A stretch of 63,810 nucleotides of DNA, filler included, from Choristocarpus tenellus KU-1152 (lineage: Eukaryota > Protista > Phaeophyceae): assembly GCA_964200185.2 (NCBI GenBank). It is 9 parts of 9 records of this genome, joined end to end, with 100 filler letters (N's around TTAATTAATTAA, not from the genome) between each part and the next. Parts side by side here need not be neighbours in the genome. Positions count along the whole stretch, not along the records: positions 59,308 to 63,810 come from CAXNAD020014254.1; 8 more parts are not named here. One strand, 5' to 3'. Below the pieces are notes generated by a model, which saw only the letters and a list, made by a program, of their open reading frames with translations, had not been told where the DNA came from and did no database searches. Positions 60,205-63,810 of the stretch are shown here, one piece after another (position 1 is the stretch's first letter; every line of letters starts with the position of its first letter). The translations under genes were made by a program, and so were the position numbers.

Positions 60205-62205
60205 TCAAGCCCCCCCCTGCCCCCCTATCCAGTCCCTCACCCTCCTGACAAGGCCTATCTTAGGACTCCACATTTGCCATCTTTCATTCCCCAATAAACC
60301 CCCCTTTGAGGAAACACCATTCAAGGAGCCCAAGGCTCCACCTGTTGTCCTTGCCATTCCATCGTCCACCTCATCTCCCCCTGCATCTGCATCTTCTAGA
60401 GCCACCAACCGCCTGCCATGGTCTACATCTCTGATGACTTCCTCCTCGGGAAGGAGCATCGAGGCAGTCGATGCCCTGCGATTCACCCATGGCCGTATGT
60501 ACGCTCCATCCTGTTGTGCCAATGTATCTGCTGTTGATGTCGTCGATCTGTATCTCTCCCCTGGTGGCAAGGTCGCAGTCTGTACAGCCTGCCCATTTGA
60601 TTCTGAAGGGAGTGGGGATGGGACAGGCAAGGAACGGGACCCCATAGATTGTGTCTTGATGACGGTGGGGGCTGGGAGGGAAACAAACCCATCAAGCCCC
60701 TGCTTCTCGAGGTTCAAGACATTCCTCTTCATGGTGAGGATCCTTTCACGCCTGGTCCTCATCTCATAAGCCCTTCCTACCACAGCACGCTCCTTGTTCG
60801 TATGGAAATAGCATGGCATGGAAAGGGTTGTGGTGGGTGGGATGGAGGGAAGGGGGGGTAGGAGGGATAGGGTTCAGCCATGTACACGGTTGCTGGTCTT
60901 CACATGTCTCCAATGTCCTTTGTTCATTTCAAGTGCCAAATGAAGTGTCAGTACAGAGGTGAAAAGATGGACAAGAGATGGAGGATAAAAGTGGTTTAGT
61001 TACTCACATCACCGCCTCATACCACCCAAATTAAGAAAATCACAGGATGCAAATCCACAAAAAAATGTATGTACAGAGGTTCAACACAATTTGACCTGTA
61101 ATCAGGTCCATCGGCACTATATTTTTATTGTATGTGTGAGTGGTTTGCTGCATTAGTGGCACAATGGTACAGCATCACATGTGCATACTTCAACACTATG
61201 TCATACACAACCTGGTACAGTATGGTTCAATGAGAAAGACTAGTGCAGTAGTATATTATGCAGCATGGAATGTGGCACCAAAACAAACCGATATCTGTGA
61301 CTGAGACAGCAAGGATTTGCAGTCAGGATGTATGAGAGAGCAGAGCATTTTGGAGATATTCATTGCGATGACCACCTCAAGTATTAACAAACCCCACGAG
61401 CACTTGTGGAGGACCGGATTGTAACTCTTGTTCTTTCATACGCTTGGCGCATGTCTAACCCTATCGCTAACCTTAAGAAAGCTGTAAACATAAACAGATA
61501 AAACTCCAAGTAGCACACGAAGAGCCGTTTTTGAGCTGGAGTTACAATCTGTACCGGCTATATGACATGCCATGAAAAAAAAATATAGTGCGGTTTCAGA
61601 GACTTCCTCTGCCTTCACAAAAAGACCAGGAGAATGAAACCCCTGAAACTCACTCGTCAAAACTGGTGACAAGACAATGAACTCGATTGAGCGGCAGTGA
61701 ACTCCAGGCAGAACAGACTACACAAACATTTTTTCAGCTATTGGAAACAAGGTACATGTTTATTTCTCCAACACAAGAGCAGCAGCTATAAAAGTGGTAC
61801 TTTTCAGGTGAAGCAAAGCATTGGGTGAAGAGGATGACAAAAAGCTCCTATGTATTTTCCAGCACAAGTTCCCCCCATTCATCTGTACAGATAGGATGAT
61901 CCCACAAAAACCCATGTGGTCATCTCTAGTAGTCCTCCCCACAAGAACACAGATTCCATGCGACATCCACACCACTACTATGCCCTTCTTCGCCAACCAC
62001 CACCCCCTTTTCAATGTCACTGCACCCTCTGTACAGACCAGGGTCATAAGAACCCCATCCCTAATCCATTTTCTTCACGGGAGAAACATACAATAGCTGA
62101 TTATTGCCTTCACTATTTACCTGCCGAATAAGCTCCAGCTGACCTGAGGCCCAGTCCCCAGCTGACAGGTCGCCCCTCCCTTGCGCCTTGATGAGATTCC
62201 TTATC
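60205..62205 (-). CDS. 3' exons of an unidentified protein (62205-62121 and 60792-60205; possible further exon at about 63043-63162)
   Basis: CAG|G..IRNLIKAQGRGDLSAGDWASGQLELIRQ|GTAAAT joins in phase 0 to AAG|ERAVVGRAYEMRTRRERILTMKRNV..., open for 195 codons. No domain recognised. Confidence 0.5.
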
Positions 62206-62589
62206 CTGGCATAGAAAAAAGAAAAGTCAGCAGGAGAGACTAGGGTACACAAACATTGGTAGGGGGAGGGGGGGGCGGGGGGCGAAAAAGGTGCAACCTG
62301 ACTGATACAGAGAATTTATTATGGTCCCATAGTTGGGATCTCAGCTAGCACTAGTTCAAGATCCAAAAAAAAATTGGGTATGGCAAGTGAAGTACCTACT
62401 CTTTCCCCCTGGGTGGATGGAGGTGGGAGGTGAACTGGTAGGGGTTGGCCGATAGTGGGGGGCCTAAGCCGGCATGTAAATCACAATATGTGAGTTACAA
62501 TGCCTCTTGGAATAATGACACAGTTTGGTGCATGGATTGTTAACATTCTTTGACAGATTGTTTTCATTCTTTTTTTTTTTAATGGTTTG

Positions 62590-62850
62590 AATTGTTTCAT
62601 GGATTGTCAACATTCCCTCACGGATCGTTAACGTTCTTTCACGGGTTGTTTTCCGTTCTTTCATGGATCATTAACATTCTCTTATGGATGGTTTGCATTC
62701 CTTTCACACATTGTTTGAACTCTTTTATGGATGGTTTGCATTCCTTTCACACATTGTTTGAACTCTTTTATGGACTATTTGTGTTCCTTTCACACATTGT
62801 TTGAACTCTTTTTTGGACTGTTTGTGTTTCTTCGCGGATTGTTTGAATTC
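62590..62850 (+). repeat. Tandem repeat, about 43-bp unit built from about 21-bp subunits
   Basis: TTCCTTTCACACATTGTTTGAACTCTTTT occurs three times, with degenerate flanking copies. Confidence 0.8.
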
Positions 62851-63810
62851 CTTCACATATCGTTTGCATTCTCCCCCCCCCCCCCCCCCCCTTCTCCCCT
62901 TTCTTCTTTTCTTTTCCTAACCCACCCCCCCCCACCAAAAGGGCCGTGGTCGNNNNNNNNNNTTTGTTTTTTCCTGGGTTTTTTTTTTTTCCTCCCTTTT
63001 TTTTTTCCTCTTCCCCCCCCCCCCCCCCCCCTTGACCCTATACCCTCTGTGTGTTACCAAACTACAGCACCACAAAAGGAGATGAAGAAACTGCTCAACG
63101 ATAACTTGCACATGTGCCTCTACTCCTGGTTCGTAACGATAGCAACATTTGCCTTGAGTGCCTGAGCACATAATTCTACCTTGTCCCGCTGGGAAATTGA
63201 CAGTTACAGCATGAAACTGACAGTTACAGTACAGCATGCCCGTAGGTGCACAAAGTAGAAGAGCGATTGCGAGAGCCTGTATTTAGTCCCCTTCGAACAT
63301 GACACCAGCCCTAACCCTGATCACCTCGTGAGCTAAACACATCCCTACAGCAGGCAATTAAACATGCACTATCTCTCTCTCTCTACAAGACCCTATCCCT
63401 AACCCTAACCCAATACACTACGTGGCAACCGGGTAGAGCCCTAGCCTAACCCTACACCTATACTCCCCGCATATACAGAGCTTGTGATGTATCAGGGTTC
63501 TCATTTATTTGGCAGATAGAACCTGTGCTCTGAGAGTAGGAAAGGAGTCCGAGGTTGAGAGGAAAAATAAGCTCAAGAGCCAAAAAAAGAGCCTATAGTA
63601 CCAAATAAAGCCAAAAAAACGTCAGGGGGGCAAAGTATCTGGGGGAGGGGGGGGGGGTTGTGAGGGGGTGTCCGTTTTAGTCGAACAGCTCTTTTTTTTT
63701 GCTGACATGTCAAATCCGACACATGCGACCAAATCACAACAAAAAAGTGAAAATCGAAAAAAGGGTGAAAAACGGACGCCGACCCCACCCCCCCCCCCCC
63801 CCCCCCCCCC

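Overview
Eukaryotic genomic DNA, not prokaryotic. It is nine short, unlinked contigs joined by an artificial 100-nt linker (N44-TTAATTAATTAA-N44), so neighbourhood across linkers means nothing. GT-AG introns, interstitial (CCCTAA)n repeats and the repeat content fit a stramenopile, possibly a brown-algal lineage (inference only). Spliced genes rebuilt by hand: complete UTP11 (6 exons, 249 aa); complete RPL11 (6 exons, 175 aa) lying head-to-head with the 5' part of a signal-peptide Hsp70; a 321-aa cytochrome b5-like (MAPR)-ankyrin fusion with three Cys-Pro motifs and without the usual heme-binding tyrosines; a RING/TRAF-zinc/coiled-coil protein ending in a fungal-type Zn(II)2Cys6 cluster; and a four-SAP-repeat protein. 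The rest is mostly transposon-derived: a family of Sola2-like MITEs (GRG termini, 4-bp TSD) with a candidate transposase relic, two nested Copia elements plus a solo LTR with an intact TSD, an RTE-like LINE RT fragment, a fold-back element and minisatellites. The two unusual domain fusions and the Sola2-like family with telomere-like TIRs are the most interesting items. No complete novel multi-gene system can be demonstrated from this window.
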